This document shows, piece by piece, positions 53,142-64,000 of a DNA stretch of 64,000 nt; position 1 is the stretch's first letter, and each line of letters starts with the position of its first letter. Below the pieces are notes generated by a model. That model saw nothing but the letters and a program-made list of their open reading frames with translations. It was not told the DNA's origin and made no database searches. Where the stretch lies: NCBI GenBank assembly GCA_051294905.1, contig CM119372.1, forward strand, positions 15,626,001 to 15,690,000, read 5' to 3'. The position numbers were made by a program, and so were the translations under genes. Source of the stretch: Botryllus schlosseri. Taxonomy: Eukaryota.

Positions 53142-53764
53142 CTATAGAGTATAGACCGTAAGCCGTATGTGTCGTGTGACAGTCTCCAGCCTCAAGGCCA
53201 AAATCTCCTATGCTGTACCGGGACCGAATTTCCGAGGCCGCTATCCGTAGTTCTTCAGAATTATGTTTTGGATTCAATATGACATGTCCAATCTATGAGA
53301 TAACAATTGCGTATGTGTCCGAACTCGTTGACCTTTCCAGTTAGGCTTACGCAATCTCTCGAGTTATAGTCATTTCCATTGCTGCAGATAATTAGTCAGG
53401 TATAGTGCGAACATGAACCGTGTCGAATCTTTGTTCCGTACGCCGTTTACGCAGTTACCACACTTCAAGTCACAGCTCACCGGCAGACCTCTCGCGGCAC
53501 ATACGTTAAAATCACTGTTGTCGGGAAGTTCGTGTTACCGTAGTCCGTACCACCAAGTTACTTGTTTACGTTGGAAAACGCCATTGTGACGTCATCTTGA
53601 TAAAAAGTCGCTTGCAGCCCTTGCCCCACCACCCGATATTGTCACGAGCCGCCACTGCCATTGGATATAGTTTATATTTTTCACCTATTCAACTGGGTTT
53701 ATTACTCGGCGGACTCAAGACGCAGCTAACTACACTTCAAATGGGCCACATAATACCAATGGGA

Positions 53765-53915
53765 AATTGCTACCTAAGTGTTTGAGGTTTATCCAGACTC
53801 CTCCTGGCCATCTCATCGATGGAAACGGTGTCTTATAAAAACCTATAGAAGTGGGCCGTGGAAGCTTCGGAGGAATAAAATTAAAGAAAATGGGCCTGGT
53901 GTAAATGACCATATC
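53765..53915 (+). mobile_element. 5'-truncated copy of the tRNA-derived SINE
   Basis: ctacctaagtgtttgaggtttatc...gtgtcttataaaa...ggcctggtgtaaatgaccat matches the SINE body. Confidence 0.75.
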
Positions 53916-54011
53916 AGTATTCGACAAACTCCATGAATACCAGAAATAACGACCAAAACCATTGGGCAATGGTATGGAAAATATACCAAGCCACCGTACC
54001 GAGGTATCGAC

Positions 54012-57000
54012 CAGTAATGGGGTAATTAGTTTGTCAATGTAAGCGATTGCGATTACTATTACTTCTGAATCACGCGATTACGAGTATGATTACAGCAAAA
54101 TATCGAAGTAAGTAGTCGATTGTGATTACGACTACGTTGAAAAGTGATCACGATTACTCACGATTACATTTATTGTCCATTTTAGAGCTTGACCCTTGAT
54201 CACATGTTGGAAGACAATAATACGACTGCATTGTCAAGCACTCGTATAACAAAAAAATTTTCATTTTAAACGTGACATCATTTGCCGTACTTTAGAGCTG
54301 ACGATTTCTCGCCCTGGGCAATTTTATCATTTTAGCTAAAACCCACGCTAACATGGTGTATCAACGGTTCGCTACAGCGGAAGATTTATATGTTGAGTAA
54401 AGAATTGCGAAATGAAGATTGGTGGAAGTAGGGCCATATCAGAAAAAAAAATTGAGTGAACATAAACTTGTGCCATAATTAATAATGCTTATCGTATAGT
54501 TGAGCAATGAACACTGAACAGCCTATTGCCTATAATCAGGGTTGTCATCGACATTCACCTAAAAATAAGGACAGTCGAAAAGTTAGATTAGTATTAAAAG
54601 CGTTATTGTACATACGTGATATTAATACGAGCCGTGGCATATCGTATTCCATACTTGATATTATAGTAATGAGCCAGCACACACACCACGTCAAGGTTTG
54701 AGCCGGGCGCTGCTGGACTAGGTCATAACTATTATTGCATGGGTGCAAGGATTGACTACATCAAAACTAAGTAGCCTACTTCTACCACATGCAGAGACTG
54801 GATGATTATCTTTTCTAACAAATGCATTAGCTGATTGACCATAGAGGGGGGCGTCGACCAGGGGGTCCTGGGCAACCGCCCACCTGGCCGACCCCAACAG
54901 CCACCACTGGCTTCACTACTTTTTAACTCAAGTGTCGACTGCAGTGCGCCCTTATTCAGTACGCAATAAAAGCTGCCTTTCCCACAGCTTATTCTGCTGT
55001 AGACTAACAGTAGAAACCTGGTAATGGTGTTTACTGCTAAAATGACGTCCGCTGCGATAGATTGGTACATCCGAAACTGCTATACCACTCACTGTCCTAG
55101 CTATGTTACCACTACGAAGTCAAATCCTACGGTGCGTACGCCACGGAAGTTCCTTTCATTTATGATGTCATAAAATCTCGACGCAAAAGCATAATTTTAG
55201 AATATTATGCAACACAGAAACCAGAGGGAGATGATCGAAGTTCTGTAGTTGTTGAAAATAAGACAAAAGAAGGACGCAATTAGAAAATAAGGACATTTCT
55301 TAGAAATAAGGACAGTTGAGTTTTATAAGACGTGGCCCTTCAAAGTAAGGATAAATCTTAGAAATAAGGACGGTATGGCAACCCTGCCTATAATTCATTT
55401 GTTGCGGAACTTGCGAATGGTCAGACTTGCACATGCACACACTACTGGATTTTGAAAATGAGTAACTAGAAGTAGAGCAAAAACTAAAACTAACGACCTT
55501 TAAAACTTCGCAACTAACTAACTAACGCACAACTACCTAATAACTGATAATACGATTCACGGAATTTCGAATCAGCCAAGAAGTAATCGATTGGATATAC
55601 AATCGCTATTTCAAAAGGGCAGGCTTTCAAGTTTGAAATGGAAGGGGTTTTGAGTTCGAACCCCTTCCTACGCCACTGTCAGTATAATTGAAGAGCTTCT
55701 TGGAGGTACAGACCTTCAATATGCAATTGAATAGTATATTCATATTGAAATGAACCCGAATATTTTCGGCTGACACTCGTCAGGGGTAATCGTCAGCAGC
55801 TAGTAGAGAATTGGGAAGAACATTGTATATCAACAATCGTATCACAAAATATGACGTAACCAGCATGAAATTTCAAATGAGTGATCGTTCAATGTATTAT
55901 TTTTAGGTGGTACACGAACTCCTTTTGTTGACAGAGTTTTGGTTGGTGTATTTTGATAAAAGTCGACTCTAAGGCACACAAATGAAAGTGTGAACGGCCC
56001 CTCCCAACGACGCGAAATCTGTCGTCTCGATAATTATTCTCACAAATCGGATTATCTAACAAATGTTTGCCGATGGCAGAATTATCGGAATATCTGTTAG
56101 ATAATCCGATTTGTGCGAATAATTATCGAGACGACAGTTCACACTGTAACGACAAAGTTACCGTGATTTTATACTTGCTCGCTCACGCATTGGAACGGAG
56201 TGTTCCGTTCTCTGGTGGAAGGATTGGGGGAGGGGGTGCATCTGTCGACTTGGCATTACATGCTATGTACGCCCCATGAAGGGATTTACTTGCGCTGTTG
56301 GAAGATACATATTATCACGAAAAAAACAACAACTGATAACTTACGAACACTGTCTGGTATTTCTTTAGAATGCATAAAAATGTACTAAATGCCCGTATAC
56401 GACTGTACTTGTACAGTGTACATTAGCCCAAATTTAATAATCGCACACAGATACATGGTAATAATGTTCTGCGGCCCGCAGCGTCTTTTACTGTTCACAC
56501 GCGGCCCGATATACATGAGAAGCTGAGAACGCCTGGTCTAGTGTTTATTTATAACCTGACACTGGGCATTGCGGTGGTACTTTCAATCATACTGCATGCT
56601 GAAATCTTTATTTACTCCCTATATGGTCAGTATGGATAATTCGATACGCAGTGACGAGCGCAAAGGTAGTACTTGTGAATGATAACAGCGGAGTTTGAAA
56701 ACCAGGGTTGTAATGACTCGAGTCACGTTTTTCAGATGACTCGACTTGACTCGAGTCATTTTCTCAAAATACGAAAATGACTCGACTCGACTCGAGTCAA
56801 TTTGAGTATTGACTCGACTTGGACTCGAGTCATTGTGCATGACTCGAACCAAGTCAAATGACTCGAGACTCAGACGGCCAAGACCGACGTTTCATTATAA
56901 TTTCGAGGAATAGTACAGTAATCACACTATGGGGATTTCGTCTATTGGTACTGGTACTTGAAAACACGTCCAGAAACTGCTAAAAATGACGAAAATTAGT

Positions 57001-57500
57001 ATATTATAAATGCGAACCATTCGATATCACCAAACGGAGTTATAAAACGTGGATTTAACAAGCCTTTAACTGTAAACTGGGAAGTCAACATAATGACTTG
57101 GACTTGACTCGAGTCATAATACCATGACTCGGACTCGAGCCTCTGCTCGGTGACTTGGACTCGGACTTGACTCGGTGGTGAATTGAAAATGACTTGACTC
57201 GACTTGACTCGAGTCAAAACTATAAAACTGAGATTGACTTGTGACTCGGAGCCTTGTGACTTGGTTACAACCCTGTTGAAAACCCAACGTTTCTGCTATA
57301 TATAACCTGATATAAAATCGCACTATTTCTTGTTCTCGAATGTTCAGTCTATGTCTTAGTCCTTGTGCAAGTAAAAAGTAACCATTCGTTTACGACGAAT
57401 TCGATTAGATATGAAATAATCGATCGCTATTACGATAACTTGAAAATGCTGTCATCAAGGGAATCGATTGCGATTACTAATCGCGATCACCCCACGTCTG
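54012..57500. mobile_element. Composite hAT-like element (gattac motif family) with nested elements 54537-55386 and 56703-57275
   Basis: Ends cagtaatggggt / accccacgtctg, perfect TSD gtatcgac, cgattac subterminal motifs; inner TSDs cctataat and ttgaaaac are perfect. Confidence 0.82.
56019..56137. repeat. 119-bp fold-back inverted repeat
   Basis: ctgtcgtctcgataattattctcacaaatcggattatctaaca pairs with tgttagataatccgatttgtgcgaataattatcgagacgacag (43 bp, one mismatch). Confidence 0.92.
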
Positions 57501-58919
57501 GTATCGACCTTCTGATCCATGATTATTCCCGTTGACCCGCGAATAATTTGTTGCATTGCTGCTTTCGTGGTGGTATGCATAGTGACGCAACAGACTCGTC
57601 GATCGGTTGATTCTCAAATCGCGACAGGTATACCGAAGTTCTTGTGTCTGATGACATGAGAATCGACTGATGGTATAAGTATACGGAATTATAGAGCAAG
57701 ATAGATAACATGATTAGTTTTAGTCAACAACCGTTAGCTTCAAAATCCCTGGATTCCAAGATAATCGGAAGAAAGTTGCTCTTTCCGATTTATCAGCACA
57801 TTAATACAGTTTAGTTGATAATCTCGTAGACTCGCCTAACACCCGCCACGGTTTTAACGAGTCCGCGAACGTGGGTGACCACCACTGCCTTAAAAATTAA
57901 ACCCCAAATCCTTACTATATTTTTTCGTATAATGTCATAATTTGCAGTGTTCTACTGAAAGCAGTTATTTAAAATCATCCTTCATCTCTCACTGGTCAGC
58001 CTATATTTGGGAGCCATCGAGAAAAGCCAACCGTCGTTATCGATATTCCTTCAGGCATTGGTGTTTGTCAGTGTTATAGATATCTTTAAGAATCAGCATA
58101 GCGTATTACCACGCCCTCATTTTCATTGACTAAATTAAGGGAATTGATAAGACTACTTTAGCACTGCCCGGATTATTTTCATGTACATCGATGCATATCA
58201 AGTCGGAAAATAATGACACGGAAATTATCCTTTCCTGTATCGTAATATCCCGTATAGCTTGTTTACATTAGTTTTCACCGTTCATTCCAGACCATTCTCC
58301 CATCGTCAGACACTTCTTTGGACCTGATTTTTACCACGTCCAGTCAGCCATTTGATTTCACCGATGCATATCAGACGTCATATCGACAACAACGCATGCT
58401 GAGTATTTGGGATTGACGCTGACATACAGACAAGGTGGGTGTCTGATTGAAAGACGATACTGCGATTCGATTCGACATCTTCCTATCTCTTCATTGTATC
58501 GCAATTTTGTGGTGCTTTGAAATGAAGAAAATAACAATAAAACTAACCAATACCGGAGAATTTGGTGATGAAAAATGAGTTTGCCGGTATTGCGCATGTT
58601 GGTATACAATCCAACTTATCAATTAGTTTTTCATCACTCAAATATTACAAATGGCGGTTACAAGATAAACCAAATATTCAACAGACTAAGGGGTAACACA
58701 ATGGTCAGTTAACATGCTAGCCCAGCTAACGTCTCAAAATTGAGTTCTAATTGGGTACATATAGAGGTAAGCAACCTGGACTAAGTGTATGATCGATTGT
58801 TTAAGGACAACTGTGTTAAGAATATAGAATGGAGAATATATTGCTACAATTTTGAATAAACGACCACTTTAGCGACAGTGGCTGGGCTGCATATGGAAAA
58901 TAATCTTCTCTCCTATAGG

Positions 58920-60301
58920 CAGGGTTGCCATACCGTCCTTATTTCTAAGATTTGTCCTTATTTTGAAGTACCACGTCTTAGAAAACTCAACTGTCCTTAT
59001 TTCTAAGAAATGTCCTTATTTTCGACTTGCGTCCTTATTTTGTCTTATTTTCAACCACTACAGAACTTTTATCGTTTTCCTCTGGTATTTGTGTTACATA
59101 ATATTCATAAATTATGCTTTTGCGTCGATATTCTATGACATCATAAAGGAAAGGAACTCTCGTGACGTTCACACCATAAAATTTGACTTCTAAGTGGTGA
59201 GATAGCTCGGACAGTTCCCGTGCGTGGTTTCGTCTGTACCAAGCTACCATGGCGGACGTCATTTTAGCAGTAAACAGCAGTACTAGGTTCCTGCTGTTTG
59301 GTCTACAGCAGAATAAGCTCAAGCTGTGGGGAAGGCAGCATTTATTGCGTAGTGAAAAAAGGAGCAGTGCAGTCGACACATTGGTTAAAAAGTAGTAAAG
59401 CTATTATTCATTGATAAATTTTTCTAAATTATATTGCACTTGCGCATATAGTTTTAGCTAATAATAGGGCTAAATCTATTTAGTTAAAATGAGCAGGCGT
59501 AAAAACGTTTTTCGTGACGATTATGAGAGAGAATTCACAGGTATCTAACGAAGTTTGAAGGGCGAGTGTTTCGCACATAGCAATTTCTGCAATTGTGACA
59601 TTAACCTGTAGGCCATAGGAAAGACCGCTATTTCTACTCACATTGATACCCCAAAACACAAGAAGTGTGTCGTAATGATTAATTGGAGCCAGTCGATGAA
59701 TAAATTTTCCACAAGTTGATCAGCACCAACGACCACAGACGACATGGCAGCTGCTGCAGATGGTACCTGGGTATTCCATACCGTCAAACACCAGCAATCA
59801 CTCCTCACCAACGATTGCACATCGCAATTGTTCAAAGCAATATTCCCCGATTCCAACATCGCAAATATGTTTTATTCGGCCAGGACCAAGACTACAAGCA
59901 TTGTTACTCGAGTTCTTGCTCCATACCCTCAAAAACGATTTTTCTAAACATGGTGTGTGGCCTTTTTCCATCTTGGTTGACGCCTCTAATCACAACGAGG
60001 TGGAGAAGTTTGGTTTATCACCCTATGGGCGGGGTCAAGTTCAACGTTTTTTTGGGAAGGGGGGCTGACGAAGTGCTGTTTCGGCCCTGAGTAAAGGTAA
60101 ATCTAGACCTGAGCTCTCGTGAGATCCACGAAGCACTTTCTAATAACAAGGAGTTGCTGGAGCAGACTGTTTCTGGCGAAAAGTGTGGAATGTAATATGC
60201 CACGGCTTGTATAAATACAAAGTATGTTCAAAAACGTTTTTTCACGCTAATCTAATTTTTAGACTGTCCTTATTTTTGGGTCTATATCGATGGCAACCCT
60301 G
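58920..60301 (+). mobile_element. Internally deleted hAT (Blackjack-like) transposon, sister of 14132-15529
   Basis: TIR cagggttgccat / atggcaaccctg; perfect TSD cctatagg; same transposase remnant (AAAADGTWVFHTVKH...SARTKTTSIV...PFSILVDASNHNEV). Confidence 0.92.
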
Positions 60302-60851
60302 CCTATAGGTATATCACTTGCAACCGGTTGGCAATTATTCGTAGCGATGTCCATTAACGGACACCCGTTACTCTTCGTTCCACGTAGATTGTGTACAGCA
60401 ATGCGTCTAGTTGGAGCTAAGTGGTAATCCCTTTGATTAACATTACATCGTCACATTAGTCCGAAAATAGGCAGTGCCTCGAAAATTGTAAATCCCGAAG
60501 TCCCGGGATAACAAAGCGACAAACTTATACCCTAACAGGTTAAAGTCCAACAAGACAATAGGGAAATGGTATATTATTGCATTAACTATCTCACGGTATC
60601 ATTGGGCATTGTAAATGGCACCGATGATGTGCGGTTTCCAAGTCAGGAACCAGTTGTATGGAATATACGGTGTAACACAGGAATGATGTAGAAAACTGAC
60701 ATTCTCCCAGTCAAGTCCAAACCAAAGATGGACGGAATTTGAGCGATTCAGACCTGAATTAGTACGTTACTACTATTTTTCTTGCTTCACGTTTCTGATG
60801 ATTAGAGGTTATCCGGTAGCTGGAAGGGTCCGTGGACTGGACATACTGGAG

Positions 60852-61123
60852 ATATGAGCATGCGACATTATAACATGCGATACCTCGGCATGTGACAATT
60901 GGTCATGCAGCACATGAGCATGTGGGATAAATTACGGGTTAATGATGGGTTTAGGGTTGAGTTAGGGTAAGACTTGGGGTTAGGATTTATATAGAGGTCA
61001 ATTTCAGGGTTATGTTTCGGGTTAGGGTTAATTTTAGGGTTATAAAGTAACAAGCATAGAAGTGACGGAAGATAAAGTGTCCCATGCTCCGCTGTCGTTT
61101 TCCATTTTGTCGCATGCTCATAT
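60852..61123. mobile_element. Small inverted-repeat element with internal TTAGGG-like array
   Basis: atatgagcatgcgaca / tgtcgcatgctcatat inverted pair enclosing degenerate ttaggg units (~60935-61042). Confidence 0.65.
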
Positions 61124-61628
61124 GTCGGGCAACCAAATGGAAGTAGCGTATTTACGAATGCATGTTATTAATAGGTTCATGCGCAAGACCTCTTACCGCT
61201 ACAACGACCAACAAAAGACCAGCCAAACCCGAACGTTACGCGTCATGACAGGCTCGTTTGTATGTTGACACCACTCCTTTAGTTAATTTTAGATCATATT
61301 TAAATGGTACACATGATGATGTATCTAGACAGGTGCGACTATAGGCTGGCGGCTCTACAGAATTCACTGCTATCATAAGCAAAAAGTTCCGTATTGCAAC
61401 CGTTACGAAATATAAGATACCGGTATAGTTTTTAGTTTGCGAAGTGGTGGAATTGTCTATAGATAATGTTAGAAGACATTAAAATTTGACAATGGAAATA
61501 TTGCCGCAATTCCTAAAGTGGATGAATTGTTGGGCTAGTCAATTAATCTGAATCAATGAATAACAAACACTTGATTTCATTGAGTAAACTAATGGAGATT
61601 TCTTTCGAATATATAGGCTGCTAGTAAA

Positions 61629-61953
61629 ATGAGTCGATTTATATATTTGTATTGTTTTGTCCTCTTACTGATTCTGGTGCAGGAAAGGTCATGCCAAACG
61701 TTCTGTACTAACGCCGACTGCCTATATTATGTACTTTTTGAAGATGAAACGTCAAGTAAGATCAAAGTTAATGGATGTATGAAAGATAATTAGCTATTGA
61801 AACTTTAGCCTTCCAGTTTCCAGTTCTTCACTGCAACGCTTGCTCGTTACCAGTATTAATTCATTGCTTTATCCACAGAGATCGTAAGAGGTTACCCCAC
61901 CGTCGCAGATGTTGAAGAAGGTATTAAATCTGGTAAAAGCCTGAATTTTAACG
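61629..61953 (+). CDS. First two exons of a secreted protein paralogous to the minus-strand EGF gene
   Basis: Exons 61629-61755 (MSRFIYLYCFVLLLILVQERSCQTFCTNADCLYYVLFEDETS, donor gtaaga) and 61879-61953 (KIVRGYPTVADVEEGIKSGKSLNFN, donor gtaaga), phase 1. They align without gaps to exons 1-2 of the minus-strand gene from the second Cys onward. The rest presumably lies beyond the window. Confidence 0.7.
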
Positions 61954-62544
61954 GTAAGATTAAAATTCTAGAATACAGGACTATGAAAAACTTGATAGTT
62001 CACCCCATAATTTCTCCTCTCAATACAGACTGAACAGCGCTTAGTAGCCTACATTACGGATGAGATTATCTATAGTTATGACTTGAAACATAAGAGTGAG
62101 ATGCCAATTATTGTTACAAATTATTGCTGTGAAACAATCATTATGTTGCAATGATATATCGATACGAAAATCTATGTGAAAACCCGAACAACGTTTTCAG
62201 TAGTCACTCTACGGAATTAGAAGATATCTTTCCAATCCCAGAATGAATCGTAAATCATCATTTATGTATTTTCCTCATGTTTCAAATACTGAAATTACTC
62301 TTACTACATTGTCCGTGACACCATAGGGAAGTGGTTTTAAAACGCAGTGCCGCACTAAGAATGAGATGATATGGATTGCCGTCGACATGTAGCATAGCAT
62401 CTAGGGAGCTGGCGACTAATAACGAGTCATCACTAAAAACAACTCCAAGTTGTTATGACACTGTGATATGACAGTTTGAGCGAAGTTGATTACCGATTTT
62501 TACTCAACATGACCACAATATGATATGACTGGATTGATGACCAT

Positions 62545-63720
62545 TAGGGATGGTGTGAACCTGAGGTTCTGTGTGTGAAACTCGAAAATTTAGATGTTCA
62601 GGTTCACAAACGAACCTTGGTGGTTACACACTCTGAACCTTTATCATATATTACAATTTTTCAAGTCACTCTATGACAGTGGTTCTCAACCTTTTTCAGT
62701 CACGCCCCCCTTTCTGATAGTGAAAAATTTCGCCCTCCCCTTATTGTTGTATCACAAAATCCAACGGGGATGCTAGCAACCCCAACAGATTGTTTGATGG
62801 CGTGGAAGGTTATGACTGTTGATGAGAGAATTCAAAAATATGAAAATCGTTCTATATATAAAGAAGCATGCGTGAATTGGAGGTAAATCGCGCAGAGCGC
62901 GAAAAATGTTTGTAGTTGACCGCTTCTTCGCGCCCCCCAGGTTGAGAACTACTGCTCTATGACATCTTTGGTTAAAATTCTTTGCATTTTAACTTCGGAT
63001 CACTCTACGCGTGGCACAGGCAGAATAAAAAATTACCACTAAACGAGAATGCACTTTGCCAATCTAAAATATTTCTCTGGCTTCGTTACAAAAGTTTGCT
63101 CGAGATATTTAGCTTTCCGTTTGCGAATATGTAGTGATTCTCTGCTGGGAGGGGAGCTTGACCCGCAATCACACAGCATCACGAACTAAATACACAACCA
63201 ATCAATGAAATTGATATCGCTGTCTGATGTAAAATATATACCCGGCGTACGGGGTCAATCTTGATTTCATATGTTTATTGTATAATGAAAACCAAATCCG
63301 TGCGATGGGGGTGTTGGCTACTGCTGTATAACTTGTTTGTTAATGAGGTAATATTGGTAGCAAATAGAAACCTGTTTTACACTCTGCTCAATATTAATGT
63401 AGCAATACTCAGACGCCGAATACATGGTCCGGTGTGGCTACCGTTAAATGCGTAAGCTTATATTCCCTTGAGTAAGCTTATATTCACTTGCAAGTCGTCG
63501 TCGAAATTGTTGGCAACGCGACGGAAGATATTGGTTTCATGGGATTATTATATCATTTGATTGGCCCAGTTAATACATTTGGCGACGTTTAAAACGTCAA
63601 TATGAACTTCAGCATTGTGGCATTATGTGGCCCGAGTCGTCGCTAAGTGTCGTGTACGTACATTAACATTAAAAGGCTGTCCCCTCACTAAAATGTAGAG
63701 TTGGAATTAGCAATAGCAAT
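62545..63720. mobile_element. gtgaac-family hAT element (right end lost) with nested hAT MITE 62677-62954
   Basis: Left TIR tagggatggtgtgaac; inner TSD ctctatga perfect. Confidence 0.88.
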
Positions 63721-64000
63721 AGCAATAGCATGGTGCAAAAGGTCTCACTTTCCGAGACATAGGCTAACCCTCCTCCACATACATACACATACATTCACCA
63801 GCTCGCACTCAGGATACTTAAAGTACTAGGGTACCTCGATCTATTTATTCCTTTCAAAGGATGTCAAAGAGGTTGATAACCACTGCTGTAGAGATTTACA
63901 TTTATAAAAACCATGGTTCTTCTGCAAGCTGCGCCCTAATCGAATAAAGCAGAACAACATTTCGATGTCTCATATACTTTTAGCGATTGTCGGAAGCAAA

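Noticed and set aside
58358..58609. ORF with a hydrophobic stretch as first exon of the EGF gene
   Set aside because: Part of it resembles 13850-13930 (a dispersed repeat), and a better first exon exists at 49991-49868.
59467..60090. Functional or domesticated hAT transposase gene
   Set aside because: In-frame stops, frameshifts and loss of most of the catalytic domain in both copies.
60868..61053. NPNP-repeat protein ORF
   Set aside because: It is the translation of the telomere-like array on the minus strand.
125..63455. Most 60-130-aa ORFs in the supplied track
   Set aside because: They fall within repeats or antisense to real exons and show no domain signatures.

Overview
Eukaryotic (animal) genomic DNA, AT-rich, with spliceosomal GT-AG introns (several only 54-78 bp) and roughly half the window, by eye, made of mostly non-autonomous DNA transposons. 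A marine invertebrate such as an ascidian is my inference, not something shown. Four genes can be assembled by hand: (1) the last three exons of a probably GPI-anchored aminopeptidase P (XPNPEP-like, +, 4490-4981); (2) a complete 9-exon, 437-aa ENPP7-like ectonucleotide pyrophosphatase/phosphodiesterase (+, 7833-19159); (3) a 9-exon, about 420-aa secreted protein (-, 49991 to 28011) with a signal peptide, an unrecognised ~45-aa N-terminal module, six EGF modules (four calcium-binding type), a Thr/Pro stretch and a basic tail ending RRRGYYY; (4) the first two exons of a divergently oriented paralogue of gene 3 (+, 61629-61953) sharing the same N-terminal module. Mobile DNA includes a decayed ISL2EU (PHIS-group) transposon with ~330-bp TIRs, a decayed Chapaev3-like transposon, the 3' end of an RNase H-bearing LINE, a tRNA-derived SINE family, a piggyBac-type MITE and more than 30 hAT-type elements, many nested two or three deep with readable 8-bp TSDs. 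The best candidate for something undescribed is the head-to-head pair of paralogous secreted-protein genes. All gene models and family calls are manual; no database search was run.
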